Below, piece after piece: positions 19,712 through 32,521 of a stretch of DNA of 51,721 nucleotides (positions are counted from its first letter, which is position 1; each line of letters starts with the position of its first letter). A model generated the notes under the pieces. It was not told where the DNA came from and searched no databases. It saw only the letters and a program-made list of their open reading frames with translations. The stretch spans positions 1 to 51,721 of the forward strand of contig CABYIF010000004.1 in NCBI GenBank assembly GCA_902518985.1. The letters are read 5' to 3'. A program made the translations under genes and the position numbers. This stretch comes from an uncultured Alphaproteobacteria bacterium. GTDB lineage: Bacteria; Pseudomonadota; Alphaproteobacteria; HIMB59; GCA-002718135.

Positions 19712-20399
19712 GTTTTATAATTCTAATTTTTTCTATTTTACCAACTTTTAATTTTCCAAGTTTATATGGCCCAAATCCGACTCGTAATAATTTAACAATT
19801 TTCCATGAAAAAAAACTACAAATATTTCTAATTTCTCTATTTTTACCCTCTTTTAACTTAAATATTAACCATGTGTAACTTTGAGATTGTTTCTCAATTA
19901 CTAATTTTACTCTGTTATATTTTATTTCCTCTATCTTTATCCCTTTATTAACTTTCTGAATATCATTCTTATTTACAATCCCATTTACACAAACTCTATA
20001 TGTTCTTTCAATATTTGAAGTTGGTAATTCTAAAAATCTTGAATAATCACCATTATTTGTTAACAAAATTAAGCCTTCACTCATATAATCTAGCCTTCCA
20101 ACGCTAATTAATTTTGGCATCCCTTTTGGTAAAAGATCAAATATTTTATTTCTTTTAAAATTATCTTTAGTACTACAGATATATTTTACAGGTTTATACA
20201 TTTTCCAAAGTTCAACAGTATTTAATTTTTTTAAAATTTTATTATGAATTTTAATTATATCTTTATCGTTAACCTTATGGCTTGGATGAGAACATACCAC
20301 ATTATTTATGTAAACTTTATTTTGGAAAATTAATTTTTCAGCTTCTCTTCTAGAGCAATAACCTGAATTTGAAATATATTTTGCTATTCTTATGTTCAC
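19704..20399 (-). CDS. rRNA pseudouridine synthase, RsuA/RluB family with S4 domain
   Basis: CSRREAE, VGRLDYMSEGL, EGKNREIR. Confidence 0.9.
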   Translation of the reverse strand: MNIRIAKYISNSGYCSRREAEKLIFQNKVYINNVVCSHPSHKVNDKDIIKIHNKILKKLNTVELWKMYKPVKYICSTKDNFKRNKIFDLLPKGMPKLISVGRLDYMSEGLILLTNNGDYSRFLELPTSNIERTYRVCVNGIVNKNDIQKVNKGIKIEEIKYNRVKLVIEKQSQSYTWLIFKLKEGKNREIRNICSFFSWKIVKLLRVGFGPYKLGKLKVGKIEKIRIIKHD

Positions 20400-21094
20400 T
20401 ATATATTTTTAATAAAGTTATTTAAAATCTTGGAGTCATATTGGGTAATTATAAATTCGGGATGCCATTGCAAGCCAATACACCATTTGTGTTTATTATG
20501 TTCAATACCCTCGATTATACCATCCTTTGATATTGCAGATATTTTAAAATCTTTTCCTAGTTTTTTAATTGCTTGGTGATGAGCACTATTTACTTTTATA
20601 GTATTTTTTTTACAAATATTAAATAATTTACTTTTTTTAGCGATATTAACACTATGGCTAGTTTCATTCCTAGGATTTAATTGTTCATGATTTATTGGTT
20701 TTTTTTTCAAGTTTTGAATTAATGTTCCTCCACTAGCAATATTCATAAGTTGGGCTCCCCCACAAATACCTAAAATAGGCTTGTTTAATGATAAAAATTT
20801 TTTATAAATTTTTATTTCAAAATTAGTTCTTTTGTTTTTTATATTTTTTGCTCCATTTCTTTTTTGATTATAAAACTTAGGATTAATGTCAAAATCTCCT
20901 CCTGTTATGATTAGAGCATCAAGAAATTCGCTAAAACTATTAACTAATTTATTATCGTGAGAAAGAGGTATGGGTATAGCATCATATTTAACTATACTTG
21001 ACAGATAGTTCTCTCTCAATGCATACCAAGGGAATTTTGAATAATGTCCTCCTTTTTCACTATCAAGAGTAATGCCAACTAAAGGTTTTTTCAT
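20399..21094 (-). CDS. Peptidase C26 / gamma-glutamyl-GABA hydrolase family glutamine amidotransferase
   Basis: LGICGGAQ, VNSAHHQ, QWHPE; start placed at MKKPLVG. Confidence 0.85.
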   Translation of the reverse strand: MKKPLVGITLDSEKGGHYSKFPWYALRENYLSSIVKYDAIPIPLSHDNKLVNSFSEFLDALIITGGDFDINPKFYNQKRNGAKNIKNKRTNFEIKIYKKFLSLNKPILGICGGAQLMNIASGGTLIQNLKKKPINHEQLNPRNETSHSVNIAKKSKLFNICKKNTIKVNSAHHQAIKKLGKDFKISAISKDGIIEGIEHNKHKWCIGLQWHPEFIITQYDSKILNNFIKNI

Positions 21095-21132
21095 TATAGT
21101 ATATATAATATACATGACACATAGGTTCCATA

Positions 21133-21582
21133 ATGAACGTTGATTATTTTATGAATGAGGCAATAGTTGAAGCTAATAAAGCACTGGCTTTCAATGAAAT
21201 TCCTGTTGGAGCAGTAATTGTGGATAATAATACTGAAAAAATAATTTCCAGAAATTATAATCAAATGAATAGATTAAATAATGCAATCAGACATTGTGAA
21301 ATAGATATAATTTTTGATACTTGTAAAAAATTAAACCAAAAATATCTTGAGGATACAACAATCTTTGTAACACTCGAGCCATGCTCAATGTGCGCTAGTG
21401 CAATTAGTAAAGCGCATATACACTCTCTATACTATGGCGCATTTGATGAAAAGAATGGAGGTATTGAAAATATAAGAATAACTTTTGAAAGAAAAAATAT
21501 TTTTACTCCTAATATTTATGGTGGAATAATGGAAGATAAATGTAAAAAATTATTAAAGAATTTTTTTAAGAGCATGAGATGA
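21133..21582 (+). CDS. tadA: tRNA adenosine deaminase (nucleoside deaminase family)
   Basis: EIPVGAV, HCE, TLEPCSMC. Confidence 0.85.
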   Translation: MNVDYFMNEAIVEANKALAFNEIPVGAVIVDNNTEKIISRNYNQMNRLNNAIRHCEIDIIFDTCKKLNQKYLEDTTIFVTLEPCSMCASAISKAHIHSLYYGAFDEKNGGIENIRITFERKNIFTPNIYGGIMEDKCKKLLKNFFKSMR

Positions 21583-22910
21583 ATACAAAAATTAATATAC
21601 CTGAATTCGAAGTCTCCGAGTTTAACAAAGCTTTTAAAAATATTATAGAAACTAATTTTAATTATGTAAGAATTAAGGGGGAAATATCTGAAATAAAAAC
21701 TGCTACAAAAGGTCAAATATATTTAACATTAAAAGATAATGACTCAATTTTAAGTGGTGTAATTTGGGATCAAAAAAAAAAATATCTTGATATTATTCCC
21801 GAACTTGGGCTTGAAATAATAGCGACTGGAAAAATTACTACATGGTCTAGATTTAAAACTACTTATCAAATCGATATTGATAAAATTGAAATTGCTGGTG
21901 AAGGTGCTTTATTAAAAATAATAGAAGAAAGAAAAAAAAGGCTACAAAAAAAAGGTTATTTTGAAATAGATAAGAAAAATTCTTTACCTTATTTACCAAG
22001 TAGAATTGGGATTATAACTTCACCAACTGGTTCAGTAGTTTACGACATTATTAATAGGGTAAATGATCGATTTCCTATGCCTTTAGATATATGGCCGGTT
22101 TCTGTTCAAGGTATTGATGCAGTTTCAAGTATAATTAATGCAATTGATGGTTTTAACGAAATGATAAAAGATAAGCCAGATGTTATTATTATTGCCAGAG
22201 GTGGAGGAAGTACAGAGGACTTAATGGCATTTAATGATGAGAAATTAGCTATTAAAGTATTTGAATCAAAAATACCAATTGTATCAGCCATAGGTCATGA
22301 AACAGATACTACTATTATTGACCTAGTTTCTGATTTACGAGCTTCCACACCAACTGCAGCAGCAGAAAAAACTGTTCCAGTTAAAAATGAAATTGAGGGA
22401 CAATTAAAGAATTTTCATTTCCAATTAGAAAACAAACTGAAGTCTAAATTATCAATAATTAGAGATAACTTAGAATATTTAAACAAACTGTTAAAAGCAC
22501 CAATTTTTATTATTAATATTTATGGAGATAAAATTAACCAATCACTTAAAAAAATAGATTTATCTATAAAAAATAAACTTAATTTAATAAACCTTAATTT
22601 ATTAAACGTGAAAAAATCGATTAATTCACCTGATAATATTTTAAAAATAAAAAAAATGTCAATTAAAGAGCATACAAAAAATTTAGAAAGCAAAATAGTT
22701 GAAAAATATAATAACAATAAGTTAAATCTTAAATCAAACTTAAGGTTGTTAAATTCAAATTCAGTTTCAACAAACCTTAAAAAAGGCTATTCAATTCTTA
22801 CTCAAAAAAATAAAATACTTAGTAGTGTAAAAAAAATTAATATAAACTTGGACCTAGAAGCAAAACTCTCAGACGGAAAACTGAAAGTTAATGTAAAAAA
22901 AATTAATTGA
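21579..22910 (+). CDS. xseA: Exodeoxyribonuclease VII large subunit
   Basis: GEISE, ITSPTG, ARGGGSTEDL, IGHETD, TPTAAAE. Confidence 0.95.
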   Translation: MNTKINIPEFEVSEFNKAFKNIIETNFNYVRIKGEISEIKTATKGQIYLTLKDNDSILSGVIWDQKKKYLDIIPELGLEIIATGKITTWSRFKTTYQIDIDKIEIAGEGALLKIIEERKKRLQKKGYFEIDKKNSLPYLPSRIGIITSPTGSVVYDIINRVNDRFPMPLDIWPVSVQGIDAVSSIINAIDGFNEMIKDKPDVIIIARGGGSTEDLMAFNDEKLAIKVFESKIPIVSAIGHETDTTIIDLVSDLRASTPTAAAEKTVPVKNEIEGQLKNFHFQLENKLKSKLSIIRDNLEYLNKLLKAPIFIINIYGDKINQSLKKIDLSIKNKLNLINLNLLNVKKSINSPDNILKIKKMSIKEHTKNLESKIVEKYNNNKLNLKSNLRLLNSNSVSTNLKKGYSILTQKNKILSSVKKININLDLEAKLSDGKLKVNVKKIN

Positions 22911-23766
22911 ATCTTTTATGTTGCCAAAACCATTGTGTTGGATTTGAAGTTATCCAATTTTGGATCAATTTATGAATATTTTCCATCATTTTAGAGTCAT
23001 CAATATTTTCATTATTATGGTATATTGGTTCCTGAAAACTTAGCTCAATCTGACCATTTGCTAGTCGTGTATTCCTAATTGGAACAATTGGTAAATTAAA
23101 TTTACGCGCAATTTTCAAAAATCCAATTTGGGTTTTTACTTTTTTGTTAAAAAAACTTATACTTTCACCAGCTGAGTCTTTTTGATCTATTAACAAAACA
23201 ATTGAAAAATTATTATTTATCGCCTCTACTAAATCTTTGGCACTTTGTTTGCCTTTAGGAGTATAAAAATTATCATCTGACAGTAATGTATTTTTTCTAA
23301 TTTTTAAAATTAATTTATCTAAAAAAAAATTATTTATATGTCTGTAAATACCACCTATCTGTAAATTTAACCTATCTAACATTGGAACTAAAATTTCCCA
23401 ATTAGACTGATGTATGCTTATATAAATTGCCTGCTGTTTTTTTTCTTTCAAATCTTTAATATTAGATAGCCCAGAGAGTGTAATTTTTCTTTTATTTATA
23501 AGATTTTTGAATTTTAATAACTCACTTATTGTCATCCCAATATTATTCCAACTTTCATCAATTATTTCTCTTATTTTGTTCTTTTCTAATTTAGGAAAAA
23601 CAAACTTACAGTTATTCATAGCCGTCTTATCAGCGCTTGAGAATTTTCCAAAAGTTCTAAAAATAAAAGATCCAAATTTTTTTGAATAACTCAATGGTAA
23701 GAATTCTAGTATAAAAAATAATACTCTCACAAAAATATATTGTAAAAAATATAAAAGTATTTTCAT
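22903..23766 (-). CDS. Lipid A late acyltransferase (LpxL/HtrB family)
   Basis: HQSNWE, LLIDQ, PTQWFWQHKRF; downstream of lpxK. Confidence 0.88.
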   Translation of the reverse strand: MKILLYFLQYIFVRVLFFILEFLPLSYSKKFGSFIFRTFGKFSSADKTAMNNCKFVFPKLEKNKIREIIDESWNNIGMTISELLKFKNLINKRKITLSGLSNIKDLKEKKQQAIYISIHQSNWEILVPMLDRLNLQIGGIYRHINNFFLDKLILKIRKNTLLSDDNFYTPKGKQSAKDLVEAINNNFSIVLLIDQKDSAGESISFFNKKVKTQIGFLKIARKFNLPIVPIRNTRLANGQIELSFQEPIYHNNENIDDSKMMENIHKLIQNWITSNPTQWFWQHKRFN

Positions 23767-24761
23767 AAGGAATACTCATTAATTTTGTTTTCTAAAAGAT
23801 TGCTCAATATTTCAATAAATAATTGCTCGTCTTCAAACTCAATCTCACCATTCAGAGTTGTCACTAAAGATCGATAAGATTTAGGAATTCTTACAAAATC
23901 TTTTTTTGTTGTAACGAGTATTGATTTTGTAATATTTGCCATTTCTGCTAAATTTAACATATCATTTTCATCAAAAATATGATGATCTGGATAACTGATC
24001 TTTTTTTCCAAAATTGCGCCTTGCTCATTAAGTGAATTATAAAACTTATCTGGGTAAGCTATGCCAGCAAAAGCTGTAACCTTCTGTTTTTTGTAAATCA
24101 TATTATTCTTGCTTATTTTAAAGTTTGCATGAATTAAAGGTACAGTACTTGGTATTTTTCTTTTAACATCTTCAGTTATTTCGCCAATGACAATTATTAA
24201 ATTAGCTCTCGAAATTCCTCTTGATATACTTTCTCTTAACGGACCTGAAGGAATTACTCTTTTATTACCAAATCCTTGCTCTCCATTTATTACAATAATT
24301 GAGAAATCCTTTTGCAATGTAGGATTTTGAAATCCATCATCCATAATTATGCAATCAGCGCCATTTTCTCTTGCCAACATAAATGATTTATTTCTATCTT
24401 TACCTATCCAAGTTGGGGCTATTTCTGAAAGCAATAAGGACTCATCACCCACACTTTGTGCTGAATGCCATTCTTTTATGAGTGTATTGTTTGTTTCAAT
24501 ACCCCCGTAACCTTTAGTTACAAAATGTGGTTTGTAACCATTTTTTTTTAGTAGGGTTCCCAATTTTATTGCAACAGGAGTTTTACCGGCACCACCTACT
24601 ACAATGTTACCAATGCATATAACAGGAATTTTAAATATTTTTTTATGACTTAATACATTTCTTATTTTAGTTCCAAAACGAAATAAAAGAGAGAGAGGAT
24701 ATAATGTATTTGATAAGTAAGTATCTTTCTTTTTATACCAAAATTTTGGAGCTTTTAACAT
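23763..24761 (-). CDS. lpxK: Tetraacyldisaccharide 4'-kinase
   Basis: GNIVVGGAGKTP, VGDE, MDDGFQ, GPLRE. Confidence 0.95.
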   Translation of the reverse strand: MLKAPKFWYKKKDTYLSNTLYPLSLLFRFGTKIRNVLSHKKIFKIPVICIGNIVVGGAGKTPVAIKLGTLLKKNGYKPHFVTKGYGGIETNNTLIKEWHSAQSVGDESLLLSEIAPTWIGKDRNKSFMLARENGADCIIMDDGFQNPTLQKDFSIIVINGEQGFGNKRVIPSGPLRESISRGISRANLIIVIGEITEDVKRKIPSTVPLIHANFKISKNNMIYKKQKVTAFAGIAYPDKFYNSLNEQGAILEKKISYPDHHIFDENDMLNLAEMANITKSILVTTKKDFVRIPKSYRSLVTTLNGEIEFEDEQLFIEILSNLLENKINEYSL

Positions 24762-25982
24762 TTAATTTAGAACCAAATCTATCTCATTGAATAATCTTTC
24801 ATTATCAAAAAACTTTTTATTAGAAAAGTCTATAGCTTTCTCTCTAAATTTTTGAATTTGATTGGTATTTATCATTAATTTATCTATTCTATTCCCTAAA
24901 TCATTAACGTTATTTATTATTATGCATGCCTTTTCATTAGCCATTTCATCATAAATATTTTGCCAGTTATAAATTAAATTACCACTTATTAATGTACAGC
25001 CATATTTTGCAGGCTCAAGCGGATTATGCCCTCCTTTATTTACAAAGGAACCTCCTAAAATTACAATTTCACTCTTATTAAAGTATGAATCTAAATTTCC
25101 ATAACTATCAACAATTGTAACATCCTTAATTGCATTTTTTTTATTACTTTCTAATACATAGCTAAGATTATATTTTTCAAGAATTTTAGATATTACATTT
25201 ATTCTATTAAGGTGTCTTGGAGCAATGCATAATTTTAACTTTCTGCTTATAATAATATCTTTTAAGTTTTTAATAATTAATTCTTCTTCTGTTTCATGAC
25301 TACTTGTAATCATTATATTGAATATTTTTTTATTATCTGAATTAATTAAATTTCTCTGTATATCTGATAACTTTAAGTTACCAATATAATGAGCATTTGT
25401 GGTGGCTAAAGCATTTATTCTTTTCAAATCATTTTTGCTTTGTGCAAATATTTTAAAAAAAACTTTTAATGTTTCAGAATAAAAACTTTTTAAATATTTC
25501 CATTTGTTAAATGATTTTGGGGAAATTCTAGCATTGATATATAGAGATTTTATTTTTTTATCTTTTATAATTTTTAGCATATTGGGCCAAATATCTGACT
25601 CAATCCATAGTACTATACTTGGTTTCCAATAATTAATAAATCTTATGCACCATATTGGGACATCAAAAGGTATGTACTGGTGTATTACTTTATGGTTGTA
25701 ATGTTTTTCTATATACTCTGCTGAAGTTTTTGTCGTTGTAGTAACTAAAATTTGATAATCTTTGTGATATTTTTTTATTATAATATCACTTGATTTAAAC
25801 TCCCCAATACTTGCTGCGTGTAACCAAATAATCTTTTTTGATATTGGTAATTTATAATTAGTTTTTCCTAGTCTTTCTTTGTATCTTTTTTTATCCTCTT
25901 TTTTTTTAATTATTCTTAAATTTAAATTTAACAAAATTATTGGAATAAAAATATAACTGAGAAATTTATATAATTTAAGCAT
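24762..25982 (-). CDS. waaA: 3-deoxy-D-manno-octulosonic acid transferase
   Basis: WLHAASIGE, APRH, GGHNPLEPA. Confidence 0.93.
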   Translation of the reverse strand: MLKLYKFLSYIFIPIILLNLNLRIIKKKEDKKRYKERLGKTNYKLPISKKIIWLHAASIGEFKSSDIIIKKYHKDYQILVTTTTKTSAEYIEKHYNHKVIHQYIPFDVPIWCIRFINYWKPSIVLWIESDIWPNMLKIIKDKKIKSLYINARISPKSFNKWKYLKSFYSETLKVFFKIFAQSKNDLKRINALATTNAHYIGNLKLSDIQRNLINSDNKKIFNIMITSSHETEEELIIKNLKDIIISRKLKLCIAPRHLNRINVISKILEKYNLSYVLESNKKNAIKDVTIVDSYGNLDSYFNKSEIVILGGSFVNKGGHNPLEPAKYGCTLISGNLIYNWQNIYDEMANEKACIIINNVNDLGNRIDKLMINTNQIQKFREKAIDFSNKKFFDNERLFNEIDLVLN

Positions 25983-26646
25983 TTAAATTTAATTTAGCTT
26001 TAGTAATACAATAGTTTATCTTTTCTTCTAAGATTATTTTATACTTTTCAATTTCTGTTTCTTTAGTTGATGATGGTATAATTATTGGTTCACCCCAAAC
26101 AAAACTACATTTTGAAAAAGGGTAAGTTATAACAAATGAATCCCATGATTTTAACTTAAAATTTTTATTAGAAGCAAAACCTAGAGGAATTATAGGAACT
26201 TGTGAATGAATTGCTATCTTTATAATTCCTTCAGAAACCTTTTGATTTGGTCCTCTAGGTCCATCAGGAGTTATGCCAATATAATTATCTTTATTAAGTA
26301 TTTTGAAAACTTGCCTAAGTGAAGGAGATTTATTTTTAGCCTCAATAGATATATTTTTCATATTGAAGTGCGATGCTATATATGCGCCAAATCTACCATC
26401 ACTATGACTTGAAGCAAGCATGTTTAAAATTGCTTTACTTTTCCAAACATATCCAATCATCATTAATTGTCCATGCCAAAATGCTAATATAAAAGGTTTT
26501 TTTTCTTCCCACATTTTGTTTGAAAAATCTTTGTTTTCAATTGTTATATTTGATGTGATGCCTACGAAAAGAATATACAAATAGCCGAGAAAAGCTAAAA
26601 ATTTTTGTGTTAAGGTAAATTTAAATATTTTTTTTTTAAAACTCAT
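25975..26646 (-). CDS. DUF374 / lysophospholipid acyltransferase-family protein
   Basis: AFWHGQ, SHSDG, ITPDGPRGP, SWD; usual position upstream of waaA. Confidence 0.85.
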   Translation of the reverse strand: MSFKKKIFKFTLTQKFLAFLGYLYILFVGITSNITIENKDFSNKMWEEKKPFILAFWHGQLMMIGYVWKSKAILNMLASSHSDGRFGAYIASHFNMKNISIEAKNKSPSLRQVFKILNKDNYIGITPDGPRGPNQKVSEGIIKIAIHSQVPIIPLGFASNKNFKLKSWDSFVITYPFSKCSFVWGEPIIIPSSTKETEIEKYKIILEEKINYCITKAKLNLNA

Positions 26647-28384
26647 TTTCTAGCTTTTCTTTTAATTGAAGCTTTTTGTAAATTTCTGATTTATTGAATA
26701 AATCTTTATGAGAACCATAATTATCAACTTTGCCCTTATCCATTACATATATTATATCTGAATCCTCAATTGTGCTTAATCTGTGTGCTATAATTAAAAT
26801 TGTTTTATTTTTCATTAAATTTTTTATTGTTTTATAAATTTCTTTTTCGGTAATATTGTCAAGAGATGAAGTTGCCTCATCCATTATCAGTATAGGCGCA
26901 TCTTTGATCATTGCTCTTGCAATCGCTACTCGTTGTCTCTGTCCTCCTGATAACTTAACTCCACTCTCTCCAATAACTGTTTCTAATTTATTTTTTAAAT
27001 TTTCTGAGAATTCTGAAATTCCTGCAAGCTTAGCAACGTTTTCAATTTCATCATAGGTTGCTTCTAATTTTCCATATTTAATATTATTAGCTATAGTATC
27101 ATTAAATAAAATTGTTTCTTGTGTAACCATTGAAATATTATTTCTAAGATCACCTAATGAAATTTCTCTAATATTTTTAGAGTCAATAGTTATTTCGCCA
27201 GTATAACTATCAAAAAATCTTGATATTATGTTTACGATAGTAGATTTACCTGAGCCAGACAAACCAACAAGAGCCACTCTTTTATTTTTAGGAATCTTTA
27301 AATTAATATTTTTTAAGACCTTTTTTTCATCATACCCGAATGAAACGTCCTTTAAAATTATGTCTCCATCTAAAGTAAGATCATTTTTTATAGAGACCTT
27401 CTCCATTCTTTCTTCAGGTGTATCAAGGAGCTTAAAGATTCTTTCTGCTCCAGCTAAACCTTCTTGGACACTAATGTTCAGATTACCAAGCGCCTTTACC
27501 GGTTGGTATGCCAGAAGAAGACTAACTAGGAAACTCATAAATTGTCCTGTTGTCATTGTTTCGTTTAAAACAAATACACCACCAGCATATATTGAAAGAG
27601 CAATTGCTAAACTACCAATAAACTCCATCAGAGGACTTAATCGATTACTTATAAAGGCAGATCTTGTAAAATATTTTTGTATAAAACTTATGGTCTCAAA
27701 TGCTCTATTCTTTTCAAAGTTTTCTTTTGTATAAGATTTAACTTGCTTAATTCCTTTAATACTTTCTGCAAGTACATTTGAAAATACAGCAATTTCACTT
27801 TGTATTGTATAGGTAATTTTTCTAATACTTTTACCAATTTTTCTTATAGGCCACAAAGCAAGTGGAAAAGCAAAAAAAGCAAAAAGTGTAAGAGTCCAAC
27901 TTTGATAAAACATGTTTCCTAGTAGAAATATAATTACCAAAACATCTTTTATCACACCTGTAACTGATTTTACAATTGCAAGTCTTAGATAATAAGTGTC
28001 ATTAATAAGTCTTGAAATCAGATTGCCAGACTTAGAGTCATTATAAAATTGCATATTTAAATACATTAGTTTTTCAAACATTTGTGTTTGTAATTTTGCT
28101 ATTGTTGCATGCGCTACTTTACTCATTTGATAAGAGTGAGTATAGGTAGCCAAACCTTTAAGCAATGTTACTATTATAATTGCTATGGGTATTAAAAATA
28201 GCATTTCTTTATTCCCTTTAATTAGTACATCATCTAAAGCTGGCCTTACTAACCAAGCATGTAATCCTGTAGCAGCTGCTGAAATAATCATCATTATTAA
28301 AGCTAGAAATATCTTAAGTTTATGCTCTAAAAGATAGTTGACTATTATTCTCGATGTAACTGATTGTTTTTTTGAGGAGTTCAT
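26636..28384 (-). CDS. msbA: Lipid A export ABC transporter (MsbA family)
   Basis: Transmembrane domain plus GLSGSGKST, LSGGQRQR, MDEATS; heads the lipid A operon. Confidence 0.88.
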   Translation of the reverse strand: MNSSKKQSVTSRIIVNYLLEHKLKIFLALIMMIISAAATGLHAWLVRPALDDVLIKGNKEMLFLIPIAIIIVTLLKGLATYTHSYQMSKVAHATIAKLQTQMFEKLMYLNMQFYNDSKSGNLISRLINDTYYLRLAIVKSVTGVIKDVLVIIFLLGNMFYQSWTLTLFAFFAFPLALWPIRKIGKSIRKITYTIQSEIAVFSNVLAESIKGIKQVKSYTKENFEKNRAFETISFIQKYFTRSAFISNRLSPLMEFIGSLAIALSIYAGGVFVLNETMTTGQFMSFLVSLLLAYQPVKALGNLNISVQEGLAGAERIFKLLDTPEERMEKVSIKNDLTLDGDIILKDVSFGYDEKKVLKNINLKIPKNKRVALVGLSGSGKSTIVNIISRFFDSYTGEITIDSKNIREISLGDLRNNISMVTQETILFNDTIANNIKYGKLEATYDEIENVAKLAGISEFSENLKNKLETVIGESGVKLSGGQRQRVAIARAMIKDAPILIMDEATSSLDNITEKEIYKTIKNLMKNKTILIIAHRLSTIEDSDIIYVMDKGKVDNYGSHKDLFNKSEIYKKLQLKEKLENEF

Positions 28385-29247
28385 TAAAAAACTAATAAAT
28401 ATATAAATAACATAAAAGCAAATATATTATTCTGGCGAAAATAAAAATTTGAGCTTTCTGATGAGCTTATATCCCATTTTTGAATTGCTATATACGTACA
28501 AATTCCAATGATAGCTATAACAAATAAACTAATTAGAGAATTTGAGGAATTCCAGCCTAAATATCCAAAAATTAAAAGAACAATACAATAACAAATCAAT
28601 ACCAGCCATCTCCCATTGTTACCAAAAAGAACTGCGGTAGATTTAATATTATGTTTTATGTCGTCTTCCCTATCTTGATATGCATAGATTGTGTCATATC
28701 CTAATGTCCAAATTACGCACGCCACATACAGTAAAATAAATTGAGAAGTTATTGATTGGTTAAATTGTGTTGAGACTATTAAAGCCCCCCAACTAAATGT
28801 TATTCCTAAAAAAACTTGAGGCCAAAATGTTATTCTTTTCATAAATGGATAAAGAATGACAAATGGAGCACTCATTAATCCAAAAATAATTGAATATAAA
28901 TTAAATTGTAAAAGTATAATTAAGCCTAGCAATAGAAAAATTAATAATAATAAAACTGCCTCAAATATACTAATTCTTTTTGATGCTATAGGTCTGAACT
29001 GAGTTCTTTGAACAGATTTATCTATATCCTTATCAACAATGTCATTTATTATACAGCCCGCACTTCTCATAAAAAAGGAACCTAATAAAAAAATTATTAA
29101 CCAACTGATCAGCTCTTTTATTTCCAAATCTAAAAGTGATAAACCAAACCAGCATGGCCACATTAATAATAGGAACCCAATAGGTTTATTAAACCTAATT
29201 AATTCTAAATAATTAGTGAATTTTTTTAAAACTAAACTATCCAACAT
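28384..29247 (-). CDS. ubiA: 4-hydroxybenzoate polyprenyltransferase
   Basis: RFNKPIG, GCIINDIVDKDID, YDTIYAYQDREDD. Confidence 0.94.
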   Translation of the reverse strand: MLDSLVLKKFTNYLELIRFNKPIGFLLLMWPCWFGLSLLDLEIKELISWLIIFLLGSFFMRSAGCIINDIVDKDIDKSVQRTQFRPIASKRISIFEAVLLLLIFLLLGLIILLQFNLYSIIFGLMSAPFVILYPFMKRITFWPQVFLGITFSWGALIVSTQFNQSITSQFILLYVACVIWTLGYDTIYAYQDREDDIKHNIKSTAVLFGNNGRWLVLICYCIVLLIFGYLGWNSSNSLISLFVIAIIGICTYIAIQKWDISSSESSNFYFRQNNIFAFMLFIYLLVF

Positions 29248-29282
29248 ATATGAATAAAGTGTTATTATTTTAAACTATTGTT

Positions 29283-30023
29283 ATGAAAATGTCTAAAACA
29301 CGATTGTATATAGAAAAGAAATTATCATCAAATATAATGATTTATATTAAAAACAAGCAGCATCACTATTTAAAAAATGTTTTAAGAATCAAAATCCAGG
29401 ATAATATTTTAATTTTTGATGGTTTAACAGGTGAATGGCTTTCTAAAGTTGTTTCAATTAATCGTGATAATATTGTACTTCAGGTAATAAAGAAAACTAG
29501 GGAGTTAAAATTAGAAACTGATATTTGGCTTATCTTTGCTCCGATAAAATTATTTCGTATGAATATAACGATCCAAAAAGCAACTGAACTGGGCATATCC
29601 AGATTTATACCTTGCATTACACAAAATACAAATCAGTCAAAAATAAATATTAGAAATTTAAAGATGAATATTACTGAAGCCGCTGAGCAATCCGAACGAT
29701 TATCACTTCCTTTAATAGATGAGCCAATCAAAATAGATAAAATAATAGAAAATTTTCCAAAAGATAGATGCTTGATCTTTTGTAATGAAAGTCATGAAAA
29801 CTTACCTATGATATATCAAGCTATATCAACGAAAGTTGATCAATACAATAAATGGGCAATTTTAATTGGTCCAGAAGGAGGTTTTTCAAAACAAGAGTCA
29901 GAAAATATACTATCTTTAAAATCAACCATACCAGTTTCACTTGGACAGAGAATTTTAAGATCAGATACAGCTACAACTGCAGCAATTTTTTCACTACAGT
30001 CATTAGTTGAAAATAACAAATAA
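29283..30023 (+). CDS. rsmE: 16S rRNA m3U1498 methyltransferase
   Basis: QKATELG, EAAEQS, IGPEGG, LGQRILRSDTA. Confidence 0.94.
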   Translation: MKMSKTRLYIEKKLSSNIMIYIKNKQHHYLKNVLRIKIQDNILIFDGLTGEWLSKVVSINRDNIVLQVIKKTRELKLETDIWLIFAPIKLFRMNITIQKATELGISRFIPCITQNTNQSKINIRNLKMNITEAAEQSERLSLPLIDEPIKIDKIIENFPKDRCLIFCNESHENLPMIYQAISTKVDQYNKWAILIGPEGGFSKQESENILSLKSTIPVSLGQRILRSDTATTAAIFSLQSLVENNK

Positions 30024-30038
30024 GCGACATCCTGTCCT
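30024..30038 (+). promoter_or_regulatory. Possible RegA/PrrA-type binding site upstream of the cox operon
   Basis: GCGAC-atcct-GTCCT, a partial match to GCGRC-N5-GYCGC, GC-rich within an AT-rich spacer. Confidence 0.3.
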
Positions 30039-30109
30039 AGAAATTGAACATAAAATCCTTTGTATATTGCTGAATTATTTATTCATAAGTGTTATATGGT
30101 AATTACAAG

Positions 30110-32516
<2,407 letters not shown>

Positions 32517-32521
32517 AGAAG

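Noticed and set aside
27228-27734. 168-aa plus-strand ORF and other overlapping ORFs (e.g. 17439-17897, 31775-32077, 36577-36864, 45104-45379, 50177-50473)
   Set aside because: Antisense or alternate-frame shadows of well-supported genes with no recognisable motifs
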